Source of the DNA: Chrysomallon squamiferum | Taxonomy: Eukaryota > Animalia > Mollusca | Direction: 5' to 3' | DNA length: 64,000 nt | Assembly (NCBI GenBank): GCA_012295275.1 | Contig: CM022678.1 | Location: 17,546,001 to 17,610,000 of the forward strand | In this document: positions 11,438-24,480 of the stretch, piece by piece | Layout of the letters: every line of letters starts with the position of its first letter | Position numbering within the stretch: the stretch's first letter is position 1 | Notes under the pieces: generated by a model | The model's input: the letters and a program-made list of their open reading frames with translations, nothing else | Databases searched by the model: none | What the model was told of the DNA's origin: nothing | Program-made: the position numbers and the translations under genes

Positions 11438-14091
11438 AGAACTGCCACGCAGGTGATGATCCCGACGTCCTGTGTGACTCCAGCAACTGCAACTCCACCG
11501 TCCTGGCCAAGATATTTTGTTGCCAGACGTGTAGCGCTAGTTTGCCGCCACCAGTACGTTTAGTCGCACTGGCTGTCTCGTATACGACTGGCAGTATAAT
11601 GTCTGAGTCGCAGACTTCCATTTCAACGGCGTCGCTCATAGAAATTAGCAGCACGACAGCAACCGCGGGAACCTTCGCAAGTAGCACGACAGCTGCGACT
11701 GGAACGTCAGGAAGCAGTACGACAGCTGCGACTGGAACGTCTGGAAGTAGTACGACAGCAACGTCGGGAACGTCTGGAAGCAGTGCGACAGCAACATCGG
11801 GAACGTCTGGAAGCAGTACGACAGCAACACCGGGAACGTCTGGAAGTAGTACGACAGCAACGTCAGGAACGTCTGGAAGTAGTACGACAGCAACGTCAGG
11901 AACGTCTGGAAGTAGTACGACAGCAACACCGGGAACGTCTGGAAGCAGTACGACAGCAACGTCTGGAACGTCTGGAAGTAGTACGACAGCAACGTCGGGA
12001 ACGTCTGGAAGTAGTACGACAGCAACGTCGGGAACGTCTGGAAGCAGTACGACAGCCACGTCGGGAACGTCTGGAAGTAGTACGACAGCAACACTGGGAA
12101 CGTCTGGAAGCAGTACGACAGCAACGTCGGGAACGTCTGGAAGCAGTACGACAGCAACGTCGGGAACGTCTGGAAGTAGTACGACAGCAACACCGGGAAC
12201 GTCTGGAAGCAGTACGACAGCCACGTCGGGAACGTCTGGAAGCAGTACGACAGCAACACTGGGAACGTCTGGAAGCAGTACGACAGCAACGTCGGGAACG
12301 TCTGGAAGCAGTACGACAGCAACACTGGGAACGTCTGGAAGCAGTACGACAGCAACACTGGGAACGTCTGGAAGCAGTACGACAGCCACGTCGGGAACGT
12401 CTGGAAGCAGTACGACAGCCACGTCGGGAACGTCTGGAAGCAGTACGACAGCAACGTCGGGAACGTCTGGAAGCAGTACGACAGCAACGTCGGGAACATC
12501 TGGAAGCAGTACGACAGCAACATCGGGAACGTCTGTGACTGCCGCAACGACAACGACTGGAACTTCAGCAACACCCTTAACCTCAGAGACTGTTACTACA
12601 CCAATAACCGTTACAACGGAGACGGTTAGCACCTCAGTAAGCAGTACGACAGTAACGTCAGCGACTCCATCAACAACTATTGTACCTACATCGTCTGCAG
12701 CAACGACAGGATCGGTGGTTCGCGTGACCACTCCATTAACGACAACAGCTCCTTCAACAACATTGATACCTACAACAGCCTTGCCATCAACAGGATCCAT
12801 CGTTCGCGTGACGACGCTACTAACAACAGCCGTTCCTACTACAACCGTGCTACCCACCACGCCGGCGCCAACGACCGGGTCTGTGATTCGCGTAACAACA
12901 CCAGTAACAACAGCAGTTCCTACTACCACTGTTATACCTACGACAGCAGCACCAACAACAGGGTCCGTAGTTCGCGTAACAACACCAGTAACGACAGCAG
13001 TTCCTAGTACCACTGTTATACCTACGACAGCAGCACCAACAACAGGGTCTGTAGTTCGCGTAACAACACCAGTAACGACAGCAGTTCCTAGTACCACTGT
13101 TATACCTACGACAGCAGCACCAACAACAGGGTCTGTAGTTCGCGTTACAACTCGAAGAACGACTGCTCTACCAACAACAGGGTCTGTAGTTCGCGTAACA
13201 ACACCAGTAACGACAGCAGTTCCTAGTACCACTGTTATACCTACGACAGCAGCACCAACAACAGGGTCTGTAGTTCGCGTTACAACTCGAAGAACGACTG
13301 CTCTCCCGTCAACTGGGTCCGTGGTTCGCATAACAACACCAGTAACGACAGCAGTTCCTAGTACCACTGTTATACCTACGACAGCAGCACCAACAACAGG
13401 GTCTGTAGTTCGCGTTACAACTCGAAGAACGACTGCTCTGCCGTCAACTGGGTCTGTGGTTCGCATAACAACAGCAGTAACGACAGCAGTTCCTACTACC
13501 ACTGTTATACCTACGACAGCAGCACCAACAACAGGGTCCGTAGTTCGCGTTACAACTCGAAGAACGACTGCTCTGCCGTCAACTGGATCCGTGATTCGTG
13601 TAACAACAGCAGTAACGACAGCAGTTCCTACTACCACTGTTATACCTACGACAGCAGCCCCAACAACAGGGTCGGTAGTTCGCATAACAACACCTGTAAC
13701 GACGGCAGTTCCTACTACAACAGTCGTACCCACAACAGCAGTGCCAACAACAGGGTCTGTAGTTCGCGTAACAACACCTGTAACGACAGCAGTGCCTACT
13801 ACAACTGTCATACCTACAACGGCAGCGCCATCAACAGGATCTGTGGTTCGTGTGACAACTGTTGTTACAACACCAGCTCCAACAACAACAGCGATTCCTA
13901 CAACAGCAGCGCCAACAACAGGATCTGTGGTTCGGGCGACAACGACAGCAGCACCATCCACACGAGTAGCAGCCACAACAGGATCTGTTCTTCGAGTTAC
14001 ACAAACATCAACAGCGGCTCAGTCCACCACTGTGGGAACAACTGGATCAGTGTTGGAGGGAACACACACGACAGGATTTATACCAGCTTAA
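11438..14091 (+). CDS. Alternative terminal exon B of the metalloprotease: PLAC-like six-Cys module plus about 850-aa mucin-like PTS tail
   Basis: Acceptor actgtttcag|AG, phase 1. Reads (E)NCHAGDDPDVLCDSSNCNSTVLAKIFCCQTC in frame with ORF 11542-14091 and ends GFIPA*. AATAAA at 15139-15144 is followed by GT-rich sequence. No protease exons are found between 9373 and 11438. Confidence 0.82.
11687..12535 (+). repeat. Coding 33-bp tandem repeat (TSGTSGSSTTA), about 25 copies
   Basis: Unit gggaacgtctggaagcagtacgacagcaacgtc is repeated with no frame-breaking indels. Confidence 0.95.
12700..14000 (+). repeat. Coding higher-order repeat of 84-bp (TTGSVVRVTTPVTTAVPSTTVIPTTAAP) and 51-bp (TTGSVVRVTTRRTTALP) units
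   Basis: Long and short units alternate in the middle of the array in ORF 11542-14091. Confidence 0.9.
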
Positions 14092-14209
14092 TAATGGCGT
14101 CATGATCCATAGTAACGTGATAATGACGTTGCAGACAACATATATGACGTCATAATCCGCTTATCTTCTTTAGTTTCGTTTATTTCTCTAAAATACAGTG
14201 ATAATTAAG

Positions 14210-14279
<70 letters not shown>

Positions 14280-15241
14280 AACACACCACATAGAAATACG
14301 CTTAAAGTATTCGTATGTACATGACTAATTTACACATATACATTAGATTACATAAATCACATAGTTAAATATAGACACAGGAATAAATTTCATGCATATA
14401 TACACACAAATATACATATACATATATATACAGACATACATACCTACCTACCTACCTACATACATACATGCAAACACACATGCAAACATATATATATATA
14501 CATACGTATATATACACACATACATTCATATATACATACATACATACATACTTATGCACACATACGTACGAACATAGAAGTAAAATAAAAAAATGCATAT
14601 TTTAAAATCTTATTATAAAAACATATATATATACAAGCAAACATACATACATACGTACATATACAAATATACACAAACACATCCATACTCGTAATACATA
14701 TATACATACATAGTCATACAGATAAATACTATTCATATGTATATCTATATATACATACATACACACCTACATATATATACACACCTACATATACATACAC
14801 ATATAGACATATTCATGAATGTATATATAGTGATTACTACATATGTGTAAAGCATATCGCACACTGGCACACATAAGCACACACACACATACATTACATA
14901 CATAGAGATTATACGTATGTGCTTATGTACTGAATATACATTAACGTATACAGTTATTTTGTAGAAAAGTTGTATTACTTTTATTATTGCATGTGTCGCA
15001 GTCAAATCGTATGTAGGGTTTTGATATCTTTTTCTTCATTAGGTTATATAGGATTTGATTTATGTTTGTTAAATGCTTTTAAAACTGTCTGGAATGTACT
15101 GCACTGAGGAAGTGTCGTTGGCCACTCATTTTTGTAATAATAAAGGTTTTATTATGGCTGTGATTTGTTCTTTTTAATATATGCATATATGTATGTGTTT
15201 GTGTCAATATTTATTTATATATATATACATGTTGCAGTCAA

Positions 15242-17110
15242 TGTCAAACTAGTCATTTGGCCTAATGCCTGAAATGTTTGGGCATTTAGCCTAACGCCAG
15301 GCGTTTGGCCTAATGACCAAACTGTCCAGGAATTAGGCCAAAAGACTGAATGAAAAAAGAATAACTTGCAATTGCATGAAAACGTTTATTTCAAAACACA
15401 TTACAAGTAGTGTGTTCTATTTATTACAGCAGTTCAAACTTGAGTGAGATCTTGAGCTGCACAAAAGACTGTTCATTAAACATTTACAATGTTTCGTTTG
15501 ACACTTCGTTGTCCAACCACAGTTGTATTTCACAAAACCTTGGCCTCCTGTGCACTGCTACGTTGTCGCCTTCTTCACCGACAGTCAACCCAACACGACT
15601 GCATTTGATCATCCGCTTGCCTTGCTGAAACTGAGCATCTCGATGGAGTTTTCGTTTGGCATTGATGGTCAGTGTGGGCACAAGAACTACGTTCAGCAGC
15701 AGCTGGTCATCCTTGGAGTTGGACGGCAGCTGGTCAGACTTGGAGTTGGGCGGCAGCTGGTCATCTTGGAGTTGGGCGGCAGCTGGTCATCCTTGGAGTT
15801 AGGCGGCAGCTGGTCAGACTTGGAGTTGGGCGGCAGCTGGTCAGACTTGGAGTTGGGCGGCAGCTGGTCAGACTTGGCGTTCGGTGAAAACTGGTCAGGC
15901 ACGGAATTGGCGGAGAACTGGTCCCTAAAACAGATGAAATTAGGAGATAAATATATGTATTTCGACAATGGCAAATTTCATAATATTTGTTCTTGCAATT
16001 TTGTGTATTTTTTGACCATTCAAACTGCTACAGTTATTATACTTGTTAGATATGTATGAAATGATATTAGTTCAAAAAAAAAAAAAAATAATAAAATAAA
16101 AAAATAATAATAATAATTAAAAAAAAATAAAAAATAAATTAATAATAAAAAAAAATAAAAAAAAAAAAAATAGACAAACGATTCTCCTCCAGATAACATA
16201 CTTGCTGTAAAAGTATAAAACATTGGGATTTACCTGACAACAGTGCCAGAAGGTCGTTACAGTTTGCCACCGACTTCGTGAGGCAGTGAAGATGACGTCA
16301 GTCCAAAACAAGCCTCCATGCCAAAGAGATGTGAAATCAGTGATTGCTTGATGCCAGCACTGTAGCCTTGAGTTGTTCCTGAACTGAACAAATTTGATGT
16401 CAACACTCCAGTTCCTTGTGTCGTTCTCGCTCATCCAGGCTACTAACACGTCTTTAACGTCTGAGTTTGCCCGCTCTACAGAACCCTGGCTTTGATGGAG
16501 TCTTCTTTCCCGTGCACAATAAACAAATAGGTCCACAATTTCATCATGTTCCTACAACAGCTGTAAACTTGGATTCATTGTCACTCTGCAAGACATGAGG
16601 ACCGCCAAACATGAGGAAGATACACATCAGCTGAGAGGCAACTTCCGAGGCACGCTTCGAAGTAAGACGCCTGAGAATACAGAAGTTGGTCAAATGATTC
16701 CTGGTAAACCATGACCCACTTGTACTTTCCACTGGGTGAGGACTGCATGTCTACAATATCGAAGTGACCACGTGACGAAAACTCATTGGTCCGATACTAC
16801 AACTCGTTTGGTTTTGGCCTCTTGCGATTCAGTTGAAAGAATTAATGCATAGCGACTTGAAACATTCGATAGCTTCATGTGTCACATTCACATAGTTTTT
16901 GGATCGTTCTTTCAGCATCCGATCACGTCACTGTGGCCTGTTGAGATGTGTGCCCGCTTAATGACGTCAAAGGTGTCGTCAATGGAAACGTAGTACAGAG
17001 GTGTGTCTTCATCTGTCTGGCGCTTCTTGTTCAGTTCCTGCACGTCTCCACACTGAAGAATTTCAAACTTGGCGATGAGGTAGTAATTTGTAACCAAAGG
17101 AAAATGATAC
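15242..17110 (-). mobile_element. Decayed Ginger-type DNA transposon with KRBA2/SCAND3-like rve integrase
   Basis: Minus-strand fragments: LYYVSIDDTFDVIKRAHISTGH (zinc-binding region), FGGPHVLQSDNESKFTA (rve core D), QSQGSVERANSDVKDVLVAWMSENDTRNWSVDIKFVQFRNNS (core E), and C-terminal GGQGFVKYNC..KCQTKHCKC..LLCSSRSHSSLNCCNK*. Many frameshifts. One end begins TGTCAAAC at 15242 with repeated ttggcctaatg subterminal motifs; the other end was not found. Confidence 0.85.
15698..15900 (-). repeat. 27-bp minisatellite inside the transposon (KSDQLPPNS on the minus strand)
   Basis: cagctggtcagacttggagttgggcgg repeated about 7 times. Confidence 0.9.
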
Positions 17111-17705
17111 GAAACAAAGAGATTTCAGAGATATTATATTATTATTAAATACACGCGCACACAGTGTTTGCAGTTACAGTACATAGTGACAAGATATGAT
17201 GATTAGATACAATTTTTTTTATACATTTTTTGACTCTAACCTAAAATATAACATGTTTCGACGGAATTACATTATTTTTATATTTACATCTGTTCAAAGT
17301 TAAATTGTTGTACTGTGAGAACATCCTCAATAAACATAAATGCACAACTATGGAGATTCGTGAATTCAAAAAAAAAAAAAAAATAATAATAATAATAAAT
17401 GTTTACTGCGTGTCTGTGTATGTACGTGTGAGTGTTTATCTGTGTGAAAAGCTGTGTGTTACTGTGTATAACAATAGTTAGATTATGCATTTAATCTCTT
17501 TTCAATTAGCAATAGTAGGGCTAGTTCTACATTTCGTAGTAATTATTGTAGTAGCATTCTTTTACAGCGGTAAATGTTAAACAGTAGCTATAGTAGCAGT
17601 AGTGGTACTATTAGTAGTAAACGTCATAACAATTAGTACTAGTGGTTCGTTAATAGCAGCGGTAGTAGCAACAAAAACAACAGCAATACTAATACTACCA
17701 CCACA

Positions 17706-17747
<42 letters not shown>

Positions 17748-17755
17748 GCTACTAC

Positions 17756-17821
<66 letters not shown>

Positions 17822-17989
17822 CAATAAAAACAATAATAATAATAATAACAACAAAAACAACAATAATAATAAACAGTATTAAAAAACAAATACTACCTGC
17901 AGTTGTTGCTTTAGTTTTTTCTAGATGAATAAGTTAATCTTCTACTAGATTAGTACCTGGCTCACACTCTGTTCACATAGTTTGTCTCT

Positions 17990-20900
17990 ATTTTAGTCAC
18001 AGTCACTCAGTATATGTATCTTTTAGTCCATTTAACACAGTCAGTCTGTGTTTTAGTCAGTGTTACACAGTATATGTATCTTTCAGTCTCTTTCATGCAG
18101 TCAGTCTGTTATTTAGTTTGTGTCACTCAGAATATCTGTCACTCAGTCTATTTCTTTTTCAGTATATGTACTTTCAATCAGTCAAACTGTCTCTCTTTTT
18201 AGTCACTGTCACTCAGTATATGTATGTTTCATCAGTTAGTCTGTGTTTTTATCAGGACAGGTTTATCTTTCTATCTATTTAATATAGTAAGTCTCTGTTT
18301 TAGTCTGTGTCACTCGTATATGTATCTTTCAGTCTATTTCATGCAGTCAATCAGTAATTGAGCCAGTGTCTGTCAGTATATGTATGTTTCACTCCCTTTC
18401 ATGCAGTCAGCCTTTCATTTACAAAGTGTCTATCAGTATAGGTATTTTTAAGTCCCTTTCATGCGTCAGTCTCTCTTTTAGTCAGTGTCAAACCGTTTAT
18501 GTATCTTTCAGTCTCTTTCATGCAATCAGTCAGTGATTTAGTCAGTGTTACTCAGTTTATGTATCTGTCTATTTCATTCAGTCAGTATCTGTTTTAGCCT
18601 GTGTCACTCAGTTTATGTAGCTTTCAGTCTCTTTCATGCAATCAGTCTGTGTTTTAGTCAGTATGACTCAGTATATGTATCTTTCAGTGCATTTAATGCA
18701 ATCAGTCTGTGATTTAGTCAGTGTCAGTATATGTATCTTTCAGACTCTTTCATTCAGTCACTCTCTCTTTTAGTCAGTGTCTTTCAGTATATGTATGATT
18801 CACTCCCTTTCATGCAATCAGTCTTTACTTTTATCAGTGTCTATCAGTATATGTATCTTTCTGTTTAATTTATGCAGTCAGTCTGTGTTTTAGCCTGTGT
18901 CACTCAGTATATATATCTTTCAGTCTCTTCTATGCACTCAGTTTGTGTTTTAGTCACTGTCTCTCAGTATATATATCTTTCAGCCTCTTTCATGCAATCA
19001 GTCTCTCTTGAAGTCAGTGTCAATCAGTATATGTATCTTACAGTGTATTTCATGCAGTCAGTCTGAGTTGTGGTCTGCGTTACTAAATATATGTATCTTT
19101 CAGTCTCTTTCATGCAGTCAGTCTGTGTTTTAGTCTTTGTCACTCAATATATGTATTTGCCAGTCTATTCATGCAGTCAGTCTGTGTTTTAGTCTGTGTG
19201 ACTCAGTATATGTATTTGCCAGTCTATTTCATGCAGTCAGTCTGAGTTTTGGTCTCTGTTACTAAGTATATGTATCTTTCAGTCTCTTTCAAGCAGTCTG
19301 ACTGTGTTTTTCTCCCTGTCACCCAGTATATGAATCGTTCAGTCTATTTCAAACTGTCGGTCTGTGTTTTAGTCGGCGTCAATCTGAAAATGTATCTTTC
19401 AGGCTCTTTCATGCAGTCAGTCTGTATTTTAGTCTGTGTTACTCAGTATAGATATCTTTCAGTCTCTTTCATGCAGTCAGTCTATCTCTTAGTCTGTGTC
19501 TATCAGTATATGTATATTTCAGTCTGTTTCATGTTGTCAGTCTCTCTTAGTCAGTGTCTATCAGTATATGTATCTTTCTATTTCATGCAGTCATTCTGTT
19601 TTATCTTGTGTCACTCAGTATATGTATCTTTTACTCTATTTCATGCAGGCAGTCTGTGTTTTATTCAGTGTCACACAGGATAAGTATCTTATTAGTCTAT
19701 TTCAGTAATTTAGTCTGTGTTTTAGTCTTTGTTACTCAGTATATGAATCTTTCAGTCTATTTCATGCAGTCAGTCAGTAATTTAGTCAGAGTCTGTCAGT
19801 ACATGTATCTTTCAGACTCTTTCATTCAGTCACTCTCCCTTTTAGTGTCTACCAGAATATGTATGTTTCAGTCCTTGCTTTTATCAGTGTCTATCAGTAC
19901 AGCTATCTTTCAGTACCTTTCATGCAATCAGTCTCTCTTTTAGTCAGTGTCACTCAGTATATTTATCTTTCTGTCTATTTCATGCAGTCAGTCTCTGTTT
20001 TAGCCTGTGTCACTCAGTATAGTTATCTTTTAGTCTCCTTCATCCAGTCAGTCCATCTTTTTGTCACTGTCACTCAGTATATGTATCTTTCAGTCTCTTT
20101 CATGCAGTCAGTCTCTCTTTTAGTCAGTGTCACTCAGTATATATATAACTTTCAGTCTCCTTCATGTAGTGACTCCATCTTTTAGTCAGTGTCACTCAGT
20201 ATATGTATTTTTCTATTTCATGCAATTTCTGTGTGTTTTAGCCTGTGTCACTCAGTATATATATATAACTTTCAGTCTCCTTCATGTAGTGACTCCATCT
20301 TTTAGTCAGTGTCACTCAGTATATGTATTTTTCTATTTCATTGCAATTTCTGTGTGTTTTAGCCTGTGTCACTCAGTATATATATAAGTCTTTTCAGTCT
20401 CCTTCATGTAGTGTCACTCCTTTAGTCTTTTTCATGCAATCAGTCTCTGTTTTAGTGTCACTCAGTATATGTATTTGTCACTCCCTTTTATGCAATCAGT
20501 CTTTCCTTTAGTCAGTGTATATCAGTATATGTATCTTTCAGTCTCTTTCATGCAGTCAGTCTGTGTTTTAGTCTGTGTCAGTAAGTATATGTATCTGCAA
20601 GTCTATTTCATGTGGTCAGTCTCTGTTTTAGTCTGTGTCACTAAGTATATGTATCATTGAGTCTATTTTATGCAGTCAGTCTGAGTTTTAGTCTGTGTCA
20701 ATCAGTTTATGTATCTTTCAGTCTTTTTCACGTAGTCAGTCTGTGTTTTTTTCCGTGTCACTCAGTATAAGTACCTTTCAGTCTGATGTAGTCACTAAAT
20801 CTTTTATTCCGTGTCACTCAGTATAAGTATATTTCTGTCTCATGCAGTGATTCTGTTTTTAGTTAGTGTCACTCAGTATATGTATCATTGAGTCTATTTC

Positions 20901-23900
20901 ATGCAGTCAGTCTATGTTTTAGTCTGTGTCTATCAGTATCTTTCTGTCTATTTCATGCAGTCGTTCTGTCTTTTATTCAGTGTCACTTAGTATATATCTT
21001 GCTGTCTATTTCATGCAGTCTGTCTATGTCTTAATCTCTGTCTATCAGTATCTTTCTGTCTATTTCATGCAGTCGTTCTGTCTTTTATTCAGTGTCACTC
21101 AGTATATGTATCAGTGAGTCTCTTTCATGCAGTCTGTCTGTGTTTTAATCTCTGTCTATCAGTATATGTATTTCAGTCTCTTTCATGCAGTCAGTCTGTG
21201 TTTTAGTCTGTGTCTATCAGTATATGTATCTTTGTCTTTTCATGCAGTGTCTGTTTTTAGTCTGTGTTAGTTAGTCTATCTTTTAGTCTGTTTGTGCAGT
21301 CAGTCTGTGTTTTTAGTCTGTGTTACTAAGTATATGTATCTTTCAGTCTCTTTCATGCAGTTAGTGTGTGTTTTAGTCTGTGTTACTAAGTATATGTATC
21401 TTTCAGTCTCTTTCATGCAGTCAGTCTGTGTTTTAGTCTGTGCCACTCAGAATATGTATCTTACAATCTATTTCAGTCTCATCTTTTAGTGTGGAATCAT
21501 TCAGTTTATTTCTAAATGTTACTATTTTAGTCAGTATATGTATTTTATTTTTAAGTCTATTTCATGCAGTCTGTTCTTATTTTAGTCAGTGTCACTCAGT
21601 ATATGTATTTTTAAATCTATTTCATGCAGTCTGTTCTTATTTTAGTCAGTATCTCTCAGTATATGTATGTTTCAGTCTCTGAAATGCAGTCAGTCTGTAT
21701 TTTAGTCTGTGTCACTCAATCTATTTATTGTTCAGTCTATTTCATGCAGTTAGTCTATCTTTTTTTGTCTGTGTCTATCAGTATATGTATCTTTCAGTCT
21801 ATTTCATTCAGTCAGTCTGTCAGTCAATCAATAATTTTTCATGCAGTCATAGTCTTTGTATATATGTATCTTTCAGTCTCTTTCATTCAGTCAGTCTCAG
21901 TCTTTTATCTTTCAGTCTCTTTCATGCAGTCAGTCTGAGTTTTAGTCTGTTTCAGTATATGTAATTTCAGTCTTTTCATTTAGTCAGTCTGTCACTCAGT
22001 ATAAATATCTTTCAGTCTCTTTCATGCAGTCAATCTATGATTTTGTCAGTGTCACTCAGTATATGTATCTTTCAGTCTATTTCATGCAGTCAGTCTCTCT
22101 TTTAGTCTGTGTCAATCAGTTTATATATCTTTCAGTCTCCTTCATGCAGTCAGTCCATGTTTTAGTCAGTGTCACTCAGAATATGTATTTTCAGTCTATT
22201 TCATGCAATTAGTCAGTAATTTAGTCAGTGTCACTCAGTATATGTATCTTTCAGTCTCTTTCATTGAGTCAGTTTCTCTTTTAGTCAGTGTCACTCAGTA
22301 TATGTATCTTTCAGTCCCTTTTCATGCAATCAGTCCTTGTTTTTAGTCAGTGTCTATCAGTATATGTATCTTTCTGTCTATTTCATGTGGTCAATCTTTG
22401 TTTTAGTCTGTGTCACTCAGTATATGTATCTTTTAGTCTATTTTATCTAGTCAGTCCATGTTTTTGTCACTGTCACTCATTATATGTATCTTTCAGTCTT
22501 TTTCATGCAGTCAGTCTATCTTTTTTAGTCTGTGTCACTCAGTCTATTTCTTTCAGTCTGTTTTCAGTCTCTCTTTTTGTGTTTTATTCAGTGTCACTCT
22601 GTATATGTATTTTTCAGTCTTTTTCACATCATCTGTGTTTTATTCAGTGTCAGTTTCTGTGTCTTTTTAGTCTGTGTCACTAAATATTTTATTCCGTAAC
22701 TTTATAAGTATCTTTCTGTCTCATGCAGTGATTCTGTCTTTTAGTCAGTGTCACTCAGTATATATATTTGTCAGTCTATTTTATGCAATCAGTCTTTCTT
22801 TTAGTCAGTGTCACTCAGTATATGTATCTTTCAGTCCCTTTTATGCAATCAGTCTGTGTTTTAGTCTGTGTCAGTAAGTATATGTGTCTGCAAGTCTATT
22901 TCATGTGGTCAGTCTCTGTTTTAGTCTGTGTCACTCAGTATATGTTTCATTGAGTCTATTTTATGCAGTCAGTCTGTGTTTTTGTCCATCTTTTTGTCAG
23001 TCACTAAGTATATGTATCTTTCAGTCTCTTTCATGCAGTCAGTCTGTGTTTTTGTCTGTGTCACTCAGTATATGTATCTTTCAGTCTATTTCAAACTGTT
23101 AGCCAGTCTGTGTCACTCAGTATATGTATCTTTCAGTCTATTTCAAACTGTCAGTCTCGCTTTTAGTCACTGTCACTCAGTATATGTATTTTAGTCATTT
23201 CATGCAATCAGTCTCTGTTTTTTAGTCAGTGTCACTCAGTATATATATAACTTTCAGTCTCCTTCATGTAGTGACTCCATTTTTTTAGTCAGTCTATGTT
23301 TTGTATTTGTCTGTTTTATGTCAGTCTTTCCTTTAGTCAGTGTATATCAGTATATGTATCTTTGAGTCTATTTTATGCAATCAGTTTATTTTTTAGTCTG
23401 TGTCTATCAGTTTATGTATCTTTCAGTCTCTTTCATGCAGTCAGTCTGTGTTTTTAGTCTGTGTCAGTAAGTATATGTATCTCAGTCTATTTATCTTTCA
23501 GTTTATTTCATGTCAGTCATGTCTTGATCTTTTTTATGCAGTCAGTCTATGTTTTTGTCTATCAGTATATGTATCTTTCAGTCTATTTTATGCAGTCAGT
23601 CCGTGTTTTTGTGTCTATCAGTGTCTCTCAGTATTTTATGTATCTTTTAGTCTATCATTATTATAGTCAGTCTGTTTTGTGCAGTTAGCCTGTGTTTTAT
23701 TCAACAATCAGTTTAATGTATCTTTCAGTCTATTTCAGTTAATCAGTCCATATTTCAGTCATTAAGTATTTTCAGTCTGTATTAACCCTCTGTCTTTTAT
23801 TCCATGTCACTCAACTCAGTATATTTATGTCTCCAGTTTCTGTCTTTTTCAGTTAATCAGTCCATATTTTCAGTCATTTCATGTTCATTCTCTGTTTTAA

Positions 23901-24480
23901 CCCTCTGTCTTCAGTTAAGTTTCTTTCAGTCTCAAATGCAGTCAGTCTATATTTTTAGTGTGTCCTTTCAGTCTATTTCTTTCTGTCTAATCAGTCCATA
24001 TTTTTAGTCATTGTTATTCACTGTCTTAAATGCAGTCTGTCTTGTGTTTTAGTCTGTGTCACTCAATTTATCTTTCAGTCTAATTCATACCTTATCTTTT
24101 TGTCTATTTCTTTCAATCTAAATTGTCAGTCCATATTTTTGTCAGTCATTGTTATTCTTTTAGTCTGTTATTAAGTCAGTCTGTCTTGTAGTTAGTGTCA
24201 CTCAACTCAGTATAATGTATCTTTGAGTCTATTTCAGTCAATCAGTCCATATTTCAGTCATTGTTATTCACTGTATAAACCTTTCAGTCAGTTTCAAGCA
24301 GTTAGTGTTTCTTTTATTCTATGTCACTCACTGTATAAATCTTTGAGTTTATTTCAAACAGCCAGCCTGTTAACCTGTGTGACTGAGTATATCTGTCTTT
24401 CACTCTAGTTCATTCAATCTGTCCTTTATTTTATCTTGAGTGTGTTTCTGTCAGTCTCTGAGATTGTCACTCAGTGTTTA
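17990..24480. repeat. About 6.5-kb degenerate satellite with a 60-bp unit
   Basis: Consensus tcagtatatgtatctttcagtctctttcatgcagtcagtctgtgttttagtctgtgtcac, roughly 100 units, built from tcagt/tagt-initiated subunits. Frequent indels, increasing decay beyond about 23.3 kb, strongly T-rich on the plus strand and nearly CpG-free. Confidence 0.95.

Noticed and set aside
11645-12574. Alternative-frame ORFs (RQQRRERLEAV)n and (LLSYCFQTFPT)n that mimic coiled-coil or repeat proteins
   Set aside because: By-products of a 33-bp stop-free repeat. Only the Ser/Thr frame connects to the splice acceptor and the Cys module.
11331-13976. 881-aa Val-rich minus-strand ORF
   Set aside because: Antisense shadow of the Thr-rich mucin exon, since ACN codons give stop-free complements. 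It has no independent gene signals and runs into an (ATT)n tract.
18014-24408. Dozens of short hydrophobic ORFs in the satellite, and a possible selenoprotein reading from the periodic TGA
   Set aside because: Frames are broken by frequent non-triplet indels, other stop codons occur, and I see no SECIS evidence.
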